A stretch of 64,000 bases of DNA from an uncultured virus (IMG/VR IMGVR_UViG_3300028641_000003) (IMGVR_UViG_3300028641_000003); one strand, 5' to 3'. Numbered from the stretch's first letter, positions 45,141-56,955 are shown. Made by a program: numbers and translations. Notes: generated from the sequence alone by a model not told the origin.

Positions 45141-48100
45141 TTATGCTTCCTCAAATGTATCGTATGTTTTTCTTTCATTTTCCGTTCCATCTATTTGATC
45201 AACTGGAACATCCGTTATCAAGGTTAGCTTCCAGTCTACAGAACCTTTCCATCCCTCTAATTCTGTATTTATTATAAATGTGGAATCTGTTTTCTCGCTC
45301 CACCATACTTTTATGTTGTCGTTAGGGGTTAGAGATAAGCTATAGTTAGTAATATCAGTTATATAAGATGGCACAGCATCGAAGGTAACTGTTACACTTG
45401 TTGTACTTCCATCGAAAGTTGCTGTTCCAAATCTTTCAATATTAACTTGCTTAGCTACATCAAATACTATAGCTCCTAGATTTGTATTACTTAAGGTGCT
45501 ATTGCCGTTATCATAGAATGGCGAAATAGTACGTTTCTTGTAATTTGCGTTCAGAGTGTCTTCTGGCATTATTATTGTGCGATTCCATTTGAAGGTTGGA
45601 CCATTTGACATGAATCCCCATGGTCCCTTATTAGATTGCAAGTCCCCGTCTTTGTTGATGGAATATCCGCCACATATAATAGCCTTGTCAGGATCACCAA
45701 AAGCCTTCTGACCGAAGTTATAAGCGGTCAAATCAAAATAATCTTTGTTTGGACCAACTGGAGTATTGAGTATTGGGACGTTTCCTCCCATACCCACATT
45801 ATCTTGGAATCTTCTCCACGATGTTCCAACCCATTCTTGATTAGAGACTTCTTCTCTCGTTATTAAACAGTTAGACCCCGGTGAGGATATATCATATCTG
45901 TTGAAGTATTTCTCAACATTCGTCTTGTCTTTTATTTCTTCGTCTTTCTTATACTCCTGAATAAAGCTTGTGACCCATTCAGTATACCCAACGGTTGGAT
46001 CAACATCTTCAGTAGTTATGTATGTTGCTGGGTTTCCTGAAATGTCGAAGCTATAAACACATGTTGCCCATGTGGACTCAGGAACGAATATGGTCGAAGG
46101 TGCCTTACAGAAACTTACATTATCAATCTCGGATGGGTTGTTAAGAAGAGCAGTCTGGACAAGTGGAGTGTCAATATAATCGTCCATGTTGAAATGGAAC
46201 TCGTCATATCTAACAATTGCTGGTACATTTTCATATACATCGTTTGTTAGATCGTCAACCTTAATAGAAGCGACTATTACCGAGTAAGAAATTATTCTCC
46301 TTGATATATCAACTCTTAGATCAGATGCTTTGTAGTTGAACCAGATTCTTCCTTCTTGGAAGGTGGACCATAGTGACACTCCCCATTTAGTGTCACATCC
46401 AGCAGCAAGCCATGCGTTGAAGTTAGATCTTCCAAATGGACCGTTGCCCCACGATTCTAGATTTCTCGTTACCCATTCATCGTGGATATGTTCTGTCCAC
46501 GGAGGTAGAGTCGATTCATCTGTGCCAAGGCATACATCGCAGTCAATACATTCATTGTCTTTATCTGTTGCTATAACAAATTCTTGAACTTTATCCAAGT
46601 CCCCGCTTATGTTATTGTACCATGGCAAAACATATACTGTTGGATCTTTAACAATAGCAACTTGCTGATCCATATAGTCGCTGGTATCAGAGTTATTGGA
46701 TATGTACTCGAATATCTTTACATATGCTCCGAAAATATTCTGACTGTTCTTTGTATTAATAAGTTCAATGACAGCTTCTCTATTTCTTGTGGATTTATTA
46801 TTAGCTAATGTTCCCGAAGTATTAAGCCCATTTGCTTGTGGGTAATTATTAAAAGTGTCTTCAGCAATTCTTCTGTTCTCTTTGGCTAGTACAAGCTTAT
46901 TGAACTCCGAAAGGTTATCCAAAGGAACCATAACTATAGTATAGTTGTTGACATAGTAATCTTCGGTTATAGTAGACTTCTTTTTATTATAAGTGTCCCC
47001 GATTGCTACCCAGTAATTTCCTGATATGTCATACATGTCAACCATGGCAGTTGGTCCATGTGTTCCACCATCAGCAAGAACACACCATGGGAAGAAGTTT
47101 TTTATAGTGTCATATGAAGGATGAACGATAGTAGAGTTATCAACTGTATAGTCAAATGGTTGACCGCTTATACTGAAAGATTTTCCAATATCAAAGAATC
47201 CTATTCCACTTGACGATAATCCTGCGGCTACTGCCCTTGTTACATATGTCTTACTTGAAGTTACTTTTGTTTTAACTATTTCTGCGCTCTCACCGTTGAC
47301 AAGGCTGCTACCATGAATGAAGAAATTAGTTCCGCTGGTTGTATCTGTATCATATGGTATTGACCACATCCAAACAGGTATACTACCAGATATACTTGCA
47401 GCGACAAACATTCCTTCTGGGGATGGGGAGATGTTAAAGTTTGACTTTGTTATGTCACAAAGATTCTTAAAGGAATAGTTATATGTTTCGGATGGTATAA
47501 CTGCCGAATCCTTTGTCCATTCATATGATGTTGTGGTTTTGTACTCTGGACCGCCCGATATCCAAACTTGACTATGGTCGTGGAAGTTTTTGACATTCCA
47601 GAGGTCATATTCAACTTCTCTAAACTTAGAGTTTCTTCCAAATAGAGTAAATGCTCCGCTTATAGAGTCAACTGTTGTTAATGCAATATCATCTGACGCT
47701 GATTCGTCGTATGTTATATAGTAGTCGAATCTTATATTTCCGTTAGCTAATATATGCCTTATTCTAAATATTTCTCTCCAGAATGAATCTGTGTAATTGG
47801 AGGCAGAAATGGCTACTAGCCTACCAAGGGAATCTACAAACTCATCTCCAGAGATTGACACCGTATCTGCGAATATACACTCAGCCAAGTATATACTACC
47901 AGAGTCGCCCCATGTCCATGCGTAGGTTCCACTCTGGGCATGATTGTCTGTATTGCCGCATATGAGTTCATTCCATGGGAATAGTGCAGCCCTGTCACGG
48001 ATCGAACTTCCAGAAATTCCGTCAACCATCACATTGTTTTCATCATTAAACCACATGCTATGGCTGTCATAGGATCTGATAGGATATGCCGAAGTGTTGG

Positions 48101-51100
48101 CTGAGTAGAACCAGTCAGTAAAGCTAATATAGTCTATTCCGTCTATTTCGAATGTTCCTTTATCGAAAGATATGTCAACTATTTCCGATAGAATTTCGGG
48201 GAGTGGGTAGTATATTATATTTCCAGTCAATGCTGGGGTCATAAACCTACCTACTGATGTAGTTCCAGAGAAACCAGATATCGAAGAAGCTTCGACTATT
48301 TCGCCGTCCCATAGTGTTGATGCAGTTATATCCGCTATCTTGGTGGAGTAAGGATTGTTCCATTGCTCAATAAAACTATCTTTTCTTTCGCCATAGAATG
48401 CCTGGACCAATCCGCCCCTACTTGGCGTAACGTAGAAAGTATATATGTCACCTGATGTTGGGGTGTTATATGTGTGGAAATCGTCGGCAGATGTTAATGG
48501 GGTAAAGTTGTCTGGGTGGAATAGGTTTTCACCCTTTGTTGGTCGGGACCATAGCCACAAGCCACCAGTTGATGGATGTAAACGATATCCAGTTGCAGTG
48601 TTATATATAACATTTTCTCTACTTGCTAAAGTAAAATTACCAGTTATACCAACAGTTCCCGTCACATCACATAATACGGAATAATCCTCGTCATATGTAC
48701 ATGCGGCTGAAATGCTTGGAAGGGTGAAGAAGGTTGGCTCTGATATGACTGTAGTTCCGTCTTTAAATACATTAACTTGTAATTGGTCGCCGGAAATGGA
48801 AGTTGCGAATTGCTTAAAGTGACCTGGGTGATATACTTCAGTTTCCCATCTATCAAAGTAAAACGCATCTGGACTCATTGGGTCCATTTCATAACCATCG
48901 CAGCGGAACGGCTTCCATATCCCGTCTTCAAAGATTCCTAGCAGAGAGCCATATTGGTCGAATTCGTGACAGTTATCATAATAATCTGGACACAATCCAT
49001 AAGTCGATCCACCGGAAACAGTCCATACATAACCAATAGAGTTCCAAGTAATATCAAGAGAATCAGTAAATTCTTCCGAATAGTGTGCCGATATCTTACA
49101 AATATCCTTTGGGTTTCCTATCTTAAATAGTATGTTATTATTTGCGTCTGTGATTTCCGTTGCAAAATCCGTGTACCTTATCGAACCGTCTAGAGAACAG
49201 AAGGTATCTCGGTGACATACCCCACCGAATATATTTGCAGTGGCGCACCAGTCATCACAGTCATCAAGTTGGCTCTTGATATTAGCCAATTCTAAAGATC
49301 CATGTAGACCACCCCAAAATATTGCCCATTTTTCATCACCTACTCCACAGTGGTGTGATACATCTTCCGTAATATCCTGTACACGTGTCCATGCTATATT
49401 GTTCCACTCATAGGCATATTTTATTATGGAATCGTTATTATGATTCCAGTAAGTTGGGTTAAAATATCTATCATAGAGGCTTTCTTTTACATTCCCCACA
49501 CCAACACATCCAGATATTGTTGCAGATGTCTTTCCACCAGTTGCTATTCCATGCGTTGCTGTTCCAACGTAGCAGGTTCCAACAGTTTTAATTGGGTATC
49601 GTTTGTTGTTGTCAACATACGAACACTTGGCTACGAGGGAGTTATAGGGCGATATAGTTGAACTTGGGTTGGCATTTTGCTCAGATATCATTTCTTGATT
49701 GGACTTAAATTTCTGAACATTTGCATAAGAGAAATAAATGAAATTATAATCTAAGTCATTATCGTTGATATCATAGAAAGAAATATTCGCTGCCGTTGTT
49801 CCGTTAAAGCATATTCCACTTGCATTTTTTAATATAGATAATTTAGTCTCTGTATTTGTTGGATCAAGGAAATTATTTACTGAAGATGTTGTTGTGAAGC
49901 ATCCCTCAAGACACTTGTCAATTTTTGAAATGAATTGTTTGCCAAAAGTATCTTCTCCGTCCCCGCTACTATCCTTTATTACTTCAACATACGCAGTTCC
50001 GGCAACAGAGTGCTTGGAAACGATAGGATCAAGGGATAATAATGACCATGTGAAATCGTATCCTTCTTCATTGGCAATGTAGAAATTGGAATTAAGCGAT
50101 ACTACAGACGGTGTTAGTGAGGTTATGCTTGGCTCATTTGCGGAAGAATTGACTCCGGTACTGCATCCCCAGGCTGTTATTGCAAACTCGCTATTTCCTC
50201 CACCTATTCCCAACCCTCTACCCACAGGAACATTATTTCTTAAAGACCAAGCTATTCCGTTCCATGTTTCACTGCTAAGTCTATCTCCCCACAAATAAAA
50301 ATCTGGCGTAGATGTCGTTGAGTTTGTGACATTATAGTTAAACCCATTCGCAGCAAATCCATCAAGGTAATTTCCACCAACATAATGGAACGATCTGTTC
50401 TCTACCATAAAGGTAGATAGATAGCTATTTCTGCCGAATTCATTGATTAGTTTGTTTATCCATGACAGGTCGATGCCTTCTCTTGTCATGACCTCATCAA
50501 TACCAGTTGTCCAATGGATTGCATCAACAGTATACAAAACGTCTGGTTTCTTTTCAATATCTTCAATTATCGGGTTTACTCTAAACTGAGGCATAAGCTC
50601 ATGAACAACACCATCAACATCACCATCATTCTCGTCACACTTTATTTTGAAATTTGTGTTATCACACTTGTCGATGAATACTTTATTGCAAGAGGTTTGT
50701 TCATCGCATGAAAATTCTGAAGGGGTATTTACACCGGAATCAGATTCGACGGTTCCCAAATCACCAACAAAGTGAGCGACTATAGTATTTCCAATAAACC
50801 CATTAAGTCCATTTTTAGCGTCGGAGTAATCAAGAATCTTGCCAGTTGCTCTGTCTTTTATTCTAATACCAAAATCGACAATCTTATTATCGGAATTTAA
50901 TTCCCATATACTCGAAGCATATGTCATTAACATATGTACGATTGCTCTTTTTCTGTCTTTTATTTTCTTTGTGCGAATAGCCAAAGATGCTTCTTGGTCA
51001 TAAGCCCATGGATTAAATGCCTCAGAGTGAATAACCTGATCTACAGATATCCAACCACCACTAAGATAATCTTCGCTAACTAAGAACCCACTATAAGGAG

Positions 51101-51710
51101 GGAACTGATCTTTTTTGTCGGTATCTTTATATTTTTCATAAAGCTCGTCTTGATACTTCCTTCTGGCTTGCTCATCATTAATGACTTTATCGAAAGATAA
51201 AAATCCAATGGTCTTTGCGATATTTGAGCATACAAAAGTGTTGAAGTATTTGTAATCTCCAAAACTTACTTGACGAAACTTGACATCGAATATAGGACCA
51301 TAATCAGCTATGCGAGAGAAGCTTGAAAGTATCTCCAAATCCCTTACCATTTCCAGAAGGGTAACTTCATCTGATTGTGGGAATGGGCACCCAAGAAGAT
51401 CGTATTTCGTTAAGGTTTGATCTTTAAAAGTTAAAACGCCATTATTAGTATCATAAATGTATTTTGTCGGGGTCGATCCATCATCGTCCTCTATGAAATT
51501 TTTATCAACATTATAAAGTTCTTCTATATTTGTTTTGCCAACGACGCCTTCTCCATTGAATTTATTAACGCTGTTTGCCCATTCGTCAGATAAAGTTAGA
51601 CTAGATGTTGCAGTTATAGCCTGTGAATACACTATTCCATCGGCTTCAATAACACCATCATTATTGCCTTTTATTATATGCGCTTCGTCTGCGAAGAAAA
51701 AATTAGTCAT
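45141..51710 (-). CDS. large putative tail fiber/appendage protein (2189 aa)
   Basis: Long ORF, beta-rich, kelch-like EWN.IAW segments, recurring ISG motifs, C-terminal lectin-like module. Confidence 0.7.
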   Translation of the reverse strand: MTNFFFADEAHIIKGNNDGVIEADGIVYSQAITATSSLTLSDEWANSVNKFNGEGVVGKTNIEELYNVDKNFIEDDDGSTPTKYIYDTNNGVLTFKDQTLTKYDLLGCPFPQSDEVTLLEMVRDLEILSSFSRIADYGPIFDVKFRQVSFGDYKYFNTFVCSNIAKTIGFLSFDKVINDEQARRKYQDELYEKYKDTDKKDQFPPYSGFLVSEDYLSGGWISVDQVIHSEAFNPWAYDQEASLAIRTKKIKDRKRAIVHMLMTYASSIWELNSDNKIVDFGIRIKDRATGKILDYSDAKNGLNGFIGNTIVAHFVGDLGTVESDSGVNTPSEFSCDEQTSCNKVFIDKCDNTNFKIKCDENDGDVDGVVHELMPQFRVNPIIEDIEKKPDVLYTVDAIHWTTGIDEVMTREGIDLSWINKLINEFGRNSYLSTFMVENRSFHYVGGNYLDGFAANGFNYNVTNSTTSTPDFYLWGDRLSSETWNGIAWSLRNNVPVGRGLGIGGGNSEFAITAWGCSTGVNSSANEPSITSLTPSVVSLNSNFYIANEEGYDFTWSLLSLDPIVSKHSVAGTAYVEVIKDSSGDGEDTFGKQFISKIDKCLEGCFTTTSSVNNFLDPTNTETKLSILKNASGICFNGTTAANISFYDINDNDLDYNFIYFSYANVQKFKSNQEMISEQNANPSSTISPYNSLVAKCSYVDNNKRYPIKTVGTCYVGTATHGIATGGKTSATISGCVGVGNVKESLYDRYFNPTYWNHNNDSIIKYAYEWNNIAWTRVQDITEDVSHHCGVGDEKWAIFWGGLHGSLELANIKSQLDDCDDWCATANIFGGVCHRDTFCSLDGSIRYTDFATEITDANNNILFKIGNPKDICKISAHYSEEFTDSLDITWNSIGYVWTVSGGSTYGLCPDYYDNCHEFDQYGSLLGIFEDGIWKPFRCDGYEMDPMSPDAFYFDRWETEVYHPGHFKQFATSISGDQLQVNVFKDGTTVISEPTFFTLPSISAACTYDEDYSVLCDVTGTVGITGNFTLASRENVIYNTATGYRLHPSTGGLWLWSRPTKGENLFHPDNFTPLTSADDFHTYNTPTSGDIYTFYVTPSRGGLVQAFYGERKDSFIEQWNNPYSTKIADITASTLWDGEIVEASSISGFSGTTSVGRFMTPALTGNIIYYPLPEILSEIVDISFDKGTFEIDGIDYISFTDWFYSANTSAYPIRSYDSHSMWFNDENNVMVDGISGSSIRDRAALFPWNELICGNTDNHAQSGTYAWTWGDSGSIYLAECIFADTVSISGDEFVDSLGRLVAISASNYTDSFWREIFRIRHILANGNIRFDYYITYDESASDDIALTTVDSISGAFTLFGRNSKFREVEYDLWNVKNFHDHSQVWISGGPEYKTTTSYEWTKDSAVIPSETYNYSFKNLCDITKSNFNISPSPEGMFVAASISGSIPVWMWSIPYDTDTTSGTNFFIHGSSLVNGESAEIVKTKVTSSKTYVTRAVAAGLSSSGIGFFDIGKSFSISGQPFDYTVDNSTIVHPSYDTIKNFFPWCVLADGGTHGPTAMVDMYDISGNYWVAIGDTYNKKKSTITEDYYVNNYTIVMVPLDNLSEFNKLVLAKENRRIAEDTFNNYPQANGLNTSGTLANNKSTRNREAVIELINTKNSQNIFGAYVKIFEYISNNSDTSDYMDQQVAIVKDPTVYVLPWYNNISGDLDKVQEFVIATDKDNECIDCDVCLGTDESTLPPWTEHIHDEWVTRNLESWGNGPFGRSNFNAWLAAGCDTKWGVSLWSTFQEGRIWFNYKASDLRVDISRRIISYSVIVASIKVDDLTNDVYENVPAIVRYDEFHFNMDDYIDTPLVQTALLNNPSEIDNVSFCKAPSTIFVPESTWATCVYSFDISGNPATYITTEDVDPTVGYTEWVTSFIQEYKKDEEIKDKTNVEKYFNRYDISSPGSNCLITREEVSNQEWVGTSWRRFQDNVGMGGNVPILNTPVGPNKDYFDLTAYNFGQKAFGDPDKAIICGGYSINKDGDLQSNKGPWGFMSNGPTFKWNRTIIMPEDTLNANYKKRTISPFYDNGNSTLSNTNLGAIVFDVAKQVNIERFGTATFDGSTTSVTVTFDAVPSYITDITNYSLSLTPNDNIKVWWSEKTDSTFIINTELEGWKGSVDWKLTLITDVPVDQIDGTENERKTYDTFEEA

Positions 51711-51712
51711 GC

Positions 51713-53047
51713 TTAAACGTTACTCTCATAATTAAATATGTTTGGATATGAAGATGGAACTGGGCATTCTATCGCAGGAGTCTCATTTGGCAAATCCAAA
51801 GCATCAATGGCTTGTTTTGGATTAAATGAGTTTCCTAAAGTCCAATTGATAATATAACCATCTTCGCTTGGTATATCAGAAAGAGAGACATAAAAGGAAC
51901 TTGGGGTAACATCAAAAATACCTTGAACAAACAACTGCGATGAGCTTGTTGGAATAGTTAAAGTTATAATTGGTGTTGATGGATCTTCGAGAATAGGATG
52001 GTCTATCTTATAATTCTTATCGACTTGGTTACAAGCAATTTTACCTTGCACGTTGCTGTATATAGGAACTACATTAACATCTTCCCAATTCTTATCTACC
52101 GGACTACCAGAAATACCGGCGGTCGTAGTGAATACTGACCCATAAGTGAGAATTTCTCTCATAACATAGTTAAATTGATACCATGTAATTACATCGTTTC
52201 CTTTGAGGTTATCGCGAGTATCAGAAACCTTATGACCAAGGACGCTTGTTGCTGCTACCTTTGTACAGACATTCTTGAAGTCATAAAACTCGTTAATATC
52301 TAATCCTTCGAGGTTATATGCTTCGACAGTATTACTATATGGAAGACAAAGACCACCAACGAAAACGCGATCTATATGGAGATATCCAGTATTCAATGTT
52401 CTGAAGATTCTGACTTTGACGCTCTTAGTGTCCCTCGCCGCTCTGAATGGAACATAGACGGTGGTCATGTTAGAATCATAACTGACATTGGAATAGTAGG
52501 GGTGATTTACCCATTCGCCAACATTACGGAATGCCTGAACATCTTCATTTCCACCAAGTATCTGAATGGCTATTGTTTCGCATACTGAATTTGATTCGTC
52601 CCATCCTACTTCTTCGGTGGATCCGGCTGCTTTAAGGGCGAATACTAAGTTTTGGTCGCGAAGAGTTTCTGGTATCCATATCTCTCGCTCAATCCACTTA
52701 GGGCGATCCACAGTGAGTGGCGATTGTCCCCTGTAAACAACTCTTGAGTTGGTCCTATCCCAAGTTATTTCATCATCATTGGCTATTTGAAGATCGTTAA
52801 GTGCTTTCCATGTATTGGCTTTTTTATATGTGTCTGCTAATCCACCGTTGTATATAACTCTTCTTCCCTCGCCATCATAGTCCCATAAATTTCCATAAAC
52901 ACCAGAAAGCAATGCTTTGTTTCCGTTTAGGAAGTTAAGAATATACTTAATGTTCCCATCCATCTCTGAGAGTGGCTTGTTTATATTTGTATCATTTACA
53001 AACTGAGTTGTATTGACTAGATGTATGTTTTCTGTATAGTTAGGCAT
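51713..53047 (-). CDS. putative structural protein
   Basis: 444 aa; N-terminal INKPL..MD.NI typical of tail proteins. Confidence 0.65.
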   Translation of the reverse strand: MPNYTENIHLVNTTQFVNDTNINKPLSEMDGNIKYILNFLNGNKALLSGVYGNLWDYDGEGRRVIYNGGLADTYKKANTWKALNDLQIANDDEITWDRTNSRVVYRGQSPLTVDRPKWIEREIWIPETLRDQNLVFALKAAGSTEEVGWDESNSVCETIAIQILGGNEDVQAFRNVGEWVNHPYYSNVSYDSNMTTVYVPFRAARDTKSVKVRIFRTLNTGYLHIDRVFVGGLCLPYSNTVEAYNLEGLDINEFYDFKNVCTKVAATSVLGHKVSDTRDNLKGNDVITWYQFNYVMREILTYGSVFTTTAGISGSPVDKNWEDVNVVPIYSNVQGKIACNQVDKNYKIDHPILEDPSTPIITLTIPTSSSQLFVQGIFDVTPSSFYVSLSDIPSEDGYIINWTLGNSFNPKQAIDALDLPNETPAIECPVPSSYPNIFNYESNV

Positions 53048-53062
53048 CGGAGTTTGTTCCTT

Positions 53063-53815
53063 TTATATCTCTTCCCACCAATTTATACCAGTTTTTATGA
53101 ACATATAGTCAATGACACAAGTGGTTGGGTAACTTGTTCCAATCTTAACCCTATCTGTTCCCTTCTCTATCCAATAGTTATTTATATTAGTGTCAGATGA
53201 CAGAATAACAGCATAATCGTCAAGATCCATGTCTGTCGTAATCCCATCCTGTGCCAAGTTAGGTTGAATAATCATCTCGTTATTATACCATCCGTTGAGA
53301 TTTGAATCTGAATTTAGTGTTATATCAAGGGTATCTTTGCCAGGAACTAGGGGGAGACTAGCGGTGGTTAATACTCTTTGACCAGCATATATAGATCCTG
53401 GGTTTGATATTCCTGTCATAACTGCCATGTTCTTATGAATTGCTATCCAAGATAGTTCTTCACCCATTGTGAAACTTCCGTTGATTACAAATTTAAATGT
53501 TTTCTTATCGACCCAAAATAAATTAACATTATTATTGGAAGTGAAGAAAACAAAGTATTCATTAGTGGGGAATGGTGTTTTAAACTTAACAACTTGAGAT
53601 GTTTGCGTTGAGCAAAAATTTATAACACCAGACTTAAACAGTCTTTCATTTAGGTCTTTTACCATAACCCAGTCAAAAACAGTTTCCAGACCAGAAAACG
53701 CCCCGTTTAAAGAAAATTTATTGAAGTCGTCTCGCTGATACCAGCAATTTGTGTTTACGCCTGCGGTAGCTACGATTCCGCCATTTATTTTAATGCTATC
53801 TATTGGATCTGACAT
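53063..53815 (-). CDS. putative tail protein with two H-lectin/gp53-like modules
   Basis: VKFKTPFPTNEYFVFFT...W..K and YAVILSSDTNINNYW..K repeats. Confidence 0.65.
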   Translation of the reverse strand: MSDPIDSIKINGGIVATAGVNTNCWYQRDDFNKFSLNGAFSGLETVFDWVMVKDLNERLFKSGVINFCSTQTSQVVKFKTPFPTNEYFVFFTSNNNVNLFWVDKKTFKFVINGSFTMGEELSWIAIHKNMAVMTGISNPGSIYAGQRVLTTASLPLVPGKDTLDITLNSDSNLNGWYNNEMIIQPNLAQDGITTDMDLDDYAVILSSDTNINNYWIEKGTDRVKIGTSYPTTCVIDYMFIKTGINWWEEI

Positions 53816-53827
53816 TTTTTATCTCCG

Positions 53828-56800
53828 TTAGATGGATGTGATACCATCTGATGACTTGTGGTTGTTGTTTGATTCAAGCTTGTACGGATACTTACTTGTT
53901 ATCTTATTTATTTCCATGTATGCTGGTTTTATCTTTCTTACTTCGGATTTTATGAACTCGTTAATAGCTTCGGTGTTATCAGTACCATAAGTAGAATCGT
54001 CCCATTCTACATTAAATTTATTACTCTTGTACATCGTCGTGACACCGAATGGAGTGTGTTTGGTTATTTCTACCATGGATCTATTTCCATTTTCCTCTTC
54101 GGTGTACACAAAAGACTCTCCGCTGCTGAAGATCTTTTGAAGTATGTGCCTTCTCTGGTTTATTATTTGAATAGAATCCATCAACCATACTGATATGAAT
54201 TTATCAAATACATTTACTAGTTTATTATCCGATACAATGCTCATATCTGAATAATACATAGTTATTCTCTGACCTGACCACTGTGAGAGCCTGACCCATA
54301 TTGTTAGTGTGTCTTTATCTACATTAAATGTATCAGCATACCATTCTATTTCCGTGTTTGTTCCCTCTAAAGTAAAAGCAAAGGTTTTATTGTTTATGTC
54401 TATCTTAGAAAAATCAAATACAGATCTTCTTACTTCTTTATTATATGTGTTAGAAATGTTATAGCCAGTTCCTTGGAGGACTATGGGGAATAATATATCT
54501 TCGTTAATATTATAGTTTAGATTATTAATGAGGATATTTCTCTTATAGGCAAAATTAGAATACTTTGATGTGCTAATATTAGAAAACTCATTTTCTAATT
54601 CTGCCCAGGCGATATTTGAATGAATTCTATATACAGCCTCCGCATACATTTCGGCTTCATTGGGGGAGATATAATCCCTAACTTCCCAGTATGTTAACGA
54701 CCCACTGAAAGAATTCAAAGGATTGTGTGTGACAACATAAGTGTCGGAAGTGTCTTTAGTATATGATATGCCATTAACTAGCTCTCTGCCATTGACATGT
54801 ATGGAGTACTGCAAGGTATATTTTTTCGCACACCCAAAATCCAATTTTCGGAAGGTATTAACTGTAATTACATTAACAGTTTTAGTGCTAAGGTTATTCG
54901 TTGTAAACTCAAATGTAATTTTTTCTCCTGCCTCGTCGTTTATTGTTATATTCCACTTTTTTGAATTGAAGTTGTACTTAGCGTTAACAGCGTCTTGTTG
55001 CATGTTTCCGTTGCAATGAATTCTAAATATTTCAACAAATGTGTCGAGATAATCAGTTTCATCGACTTCACAACCTGCGGGTGTGGTTAGGGATTTAGCG
55101 GAATCGTATATATTTTGCATCGTAATATGTTGATGTAACTGATTAAGTTCATCAAAATAACATGTGGATGCTGAAGTTCCAGTAGTCTCTACTGTTTCTA
55201 TGCCTGTCGTTGATGGGGTTGAAGAAACACTGTCAGAATTAACGAAAAACCCCCAACTCGTGGAAAACTGATCTAAATCTTCGCTGATGTCGTATGTAAC
55301 TTTTGAGTATCCATGATTGAATATTTTTTGAGTTGGTGGACCCATATTGATTGTTTCAACACTATTGTCTAAGGTGATTATTTCTCTCGAAAAATCAAAT
55401 TTATTTTCATTTGCTAACAGAGGATCAAAAGTTAAATAATTCCTGCTTGTGCATCTGTTCTTTATAACATGAACAGTACTATTGTTTACTTTTGGTATGT
55501 CACAATCTTGGGGGTTTATATCATTCTTATTAATGTCACCTTCCCACAAATATATCATCTTTGAAACATTGTTGACTATTCGGCAATCTTCTGGTATATA
55601 GCCTATGAGAGTAAACAAGTCGTCTTGCTGTGTTGCTGTGTTGATATAGAAACGATCACGAATAAGAATATCTTGTTGGTCTGGAAGATGAACTATTTTT
55701 GTGTTAGATATTCCTGAACTGATAAGAGAAAAGAAGTTACTGTTGATAAAGTCAAGGTCTAGATGTAAAACGTATGATGCCCAATAGTAGTTTTTATATC
55801 CGTATTTTTCTATATCGTCGGCGCTTGTATCAGTTAAAAACTTATTATAAAATATATAGAAGTTGTTATTGTTTGGTTTTTGTGAACTAAAAACATCTGT
55901 CATGAAGTTAGTTCCGATGAGCGAATCATAGTTTAGTGTATTGTCGGGATATTCATTTACGGCTGATGGTGGATTTGATGTAATTCCTACGATACTAGAA
56001 TCCGTTCCCGATACAGCATCGCTGTAGCAAACCGAAAAATTGGACAATACATTATCTGGCGCAGCCGTTATATTTGGAAGAATGCTTGATATATCAATGT
56101 CAATATACTTGTTATTTGTTATTACTTTATCACGCTGAACTACAAGTAATTTAAATTTATTTTCTGAAAAGTAAAATATATTTGTTAAATTATTATGTTC
56201 TATAACCTTATATATATTTTCGATTTGAAACTCTTGTGGTAAACTCTGTTCAAATTCTATCTCTTTATTGTTTTCCGATATTGTAGCGGTGAATAATCTA
56301 GCTAAAGACATTCTTCCTGACGTTCTACTAATAGGAATGGTTAGATCCTTTATAGTGAGGAAATAATCATAGTTGGTGTATATTTGTAAAGCCGGATCTT
56401 GAATGAAATCTATCTTTATCCATACTTTAAGATACTGACCCGGTGTTAGGAGAGTATTTGATGTTAGAGTGTCGGTCCATGTAGCATCGCTCAATAAGTT
56501 TGTGGAGTCTTCTTCATCATATAGAACTAGAGTGGACGTTGAAGTGAAGGCAGTATATATTCCTTCAGCAAATAGACTTACAGATACAGTTCCATTTACA
56601 GCGGGTAATCCGTTGTGGGAAATTGATGCTGAAATGTTTCCTAATATTTCGTTTTCGTTATATCTTTCGTCTGCGCCAATATACATGCAGCGGTATATTG
56701 TTATGCCATTTAAGAAATTATAGTCAGTTATGTCTTTGTAAAACCATCTTGATGATGAATTTAAGTTTCCATAGGCATAAGAGTAATAGTTCCCGCTATT

Positions 56801-56926
56801 GTTTGTATCGTTAGTTTTTATCTTTGGTATTGCCGATCCACCAATAGACTCACCGTACCAAATAGCATCAGACGTAATGCCGACTTTATCAATGTTTCCT
56901 TCGGACGGTAAATAGGCAATAGCCAT
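53828..56926 (-). CDS. large structural protein with DUF2341-like domain
   Basis: FDFSK...FAFT...IEWY...IWVRL...ITMYY; TATAAATA at 56956-56963 (-), GGAG RBS. Confidence 0.7.
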   Translation of the reverse strand: MAIAYLPSEGNIDKVGITSDAIWYGESIGGSAIPKIKTNDTNNSGNYYSYAYGNLNSSSRWFYKDITDYNFLNGITIYRCMYIGADERYNENEILGNISASISHNGLPAVNGTVSVSLFAEGIYTAFTSTSTLVLYDEEDSTNLLSDATWTDTLTSNTLLTPGQYLKVWIKIDFIQDPALQIYTNYDYFLTIKDLTIPISRTSGRMSLARLFTATISENNKEIEFEQSLPQEFQIENIYKVIEHNNLTNIFYFSENKFKLLVVQRDKVITNNKYIDIDISSILPNITAAPDNVLSNFSVCYSDAVSGTDSSIVGITSNPPSAVNEYPDNTLNYDSLIGTNFMTDVFSSQKPNNNNFYIFYNKFLTDTSADDIEKYGYKNYYWASYVLHLDLDFINSNFFSLISSGISNTKIVHLPDQQDILIRDRFYINTATQQDDLFTLIGYIPEDCRIVNNVSKMIYLWEGDINKNDINPQDCDIPKVNNSTVHVIKNRCTSRNYLTFDPLLANENKFDFSREIITLDNSVETINMGPPTQKIFNHGYSKVTYDISEDLDQFSTSWGFFVNSDSVSSTPSTTGIETVETTGTSASTCYFDELNQLHQHITMQNIYDSAKSLTTPAGCEVDETDYLDTFVEIFRIHCNGNMQQDAVNAKYNFNSKKWNITINDEAGEKITFEFTTNNLSTKTVNVITVNTFRKLDFGCAKKYTLQYSIHVNGRELVNGISYTKDTSDTYVVTHNPLNSFSGSLTYWEVRDYISPNEAEMYAEAVYRIHSNIAWAELENEFSNISTSKYSNFAYKRNILINNLNYNINEDILFPIVLQGTGYNISNTYNKEVRRSVFDFSKIDINNKTFAFTLEGTNTEIEWYADTFNVDKDTLTIWVRLSQWSGQRITMYYSDMSIVSDNKLVNVFDKFISVWLMDSIQIINQRRHILQKIFSSGESFVYTEEENGNRSMVEITKHTPFGVTTMYKSNKFNVEWDDSTYGTDNTEAINEFIKSEVRKIKPAYMEINKITSKYPYKLESNNNHKSSDGITSI

Positions 56927-56955
56927 TATGACTCCATATAATGTTGATTATACTA

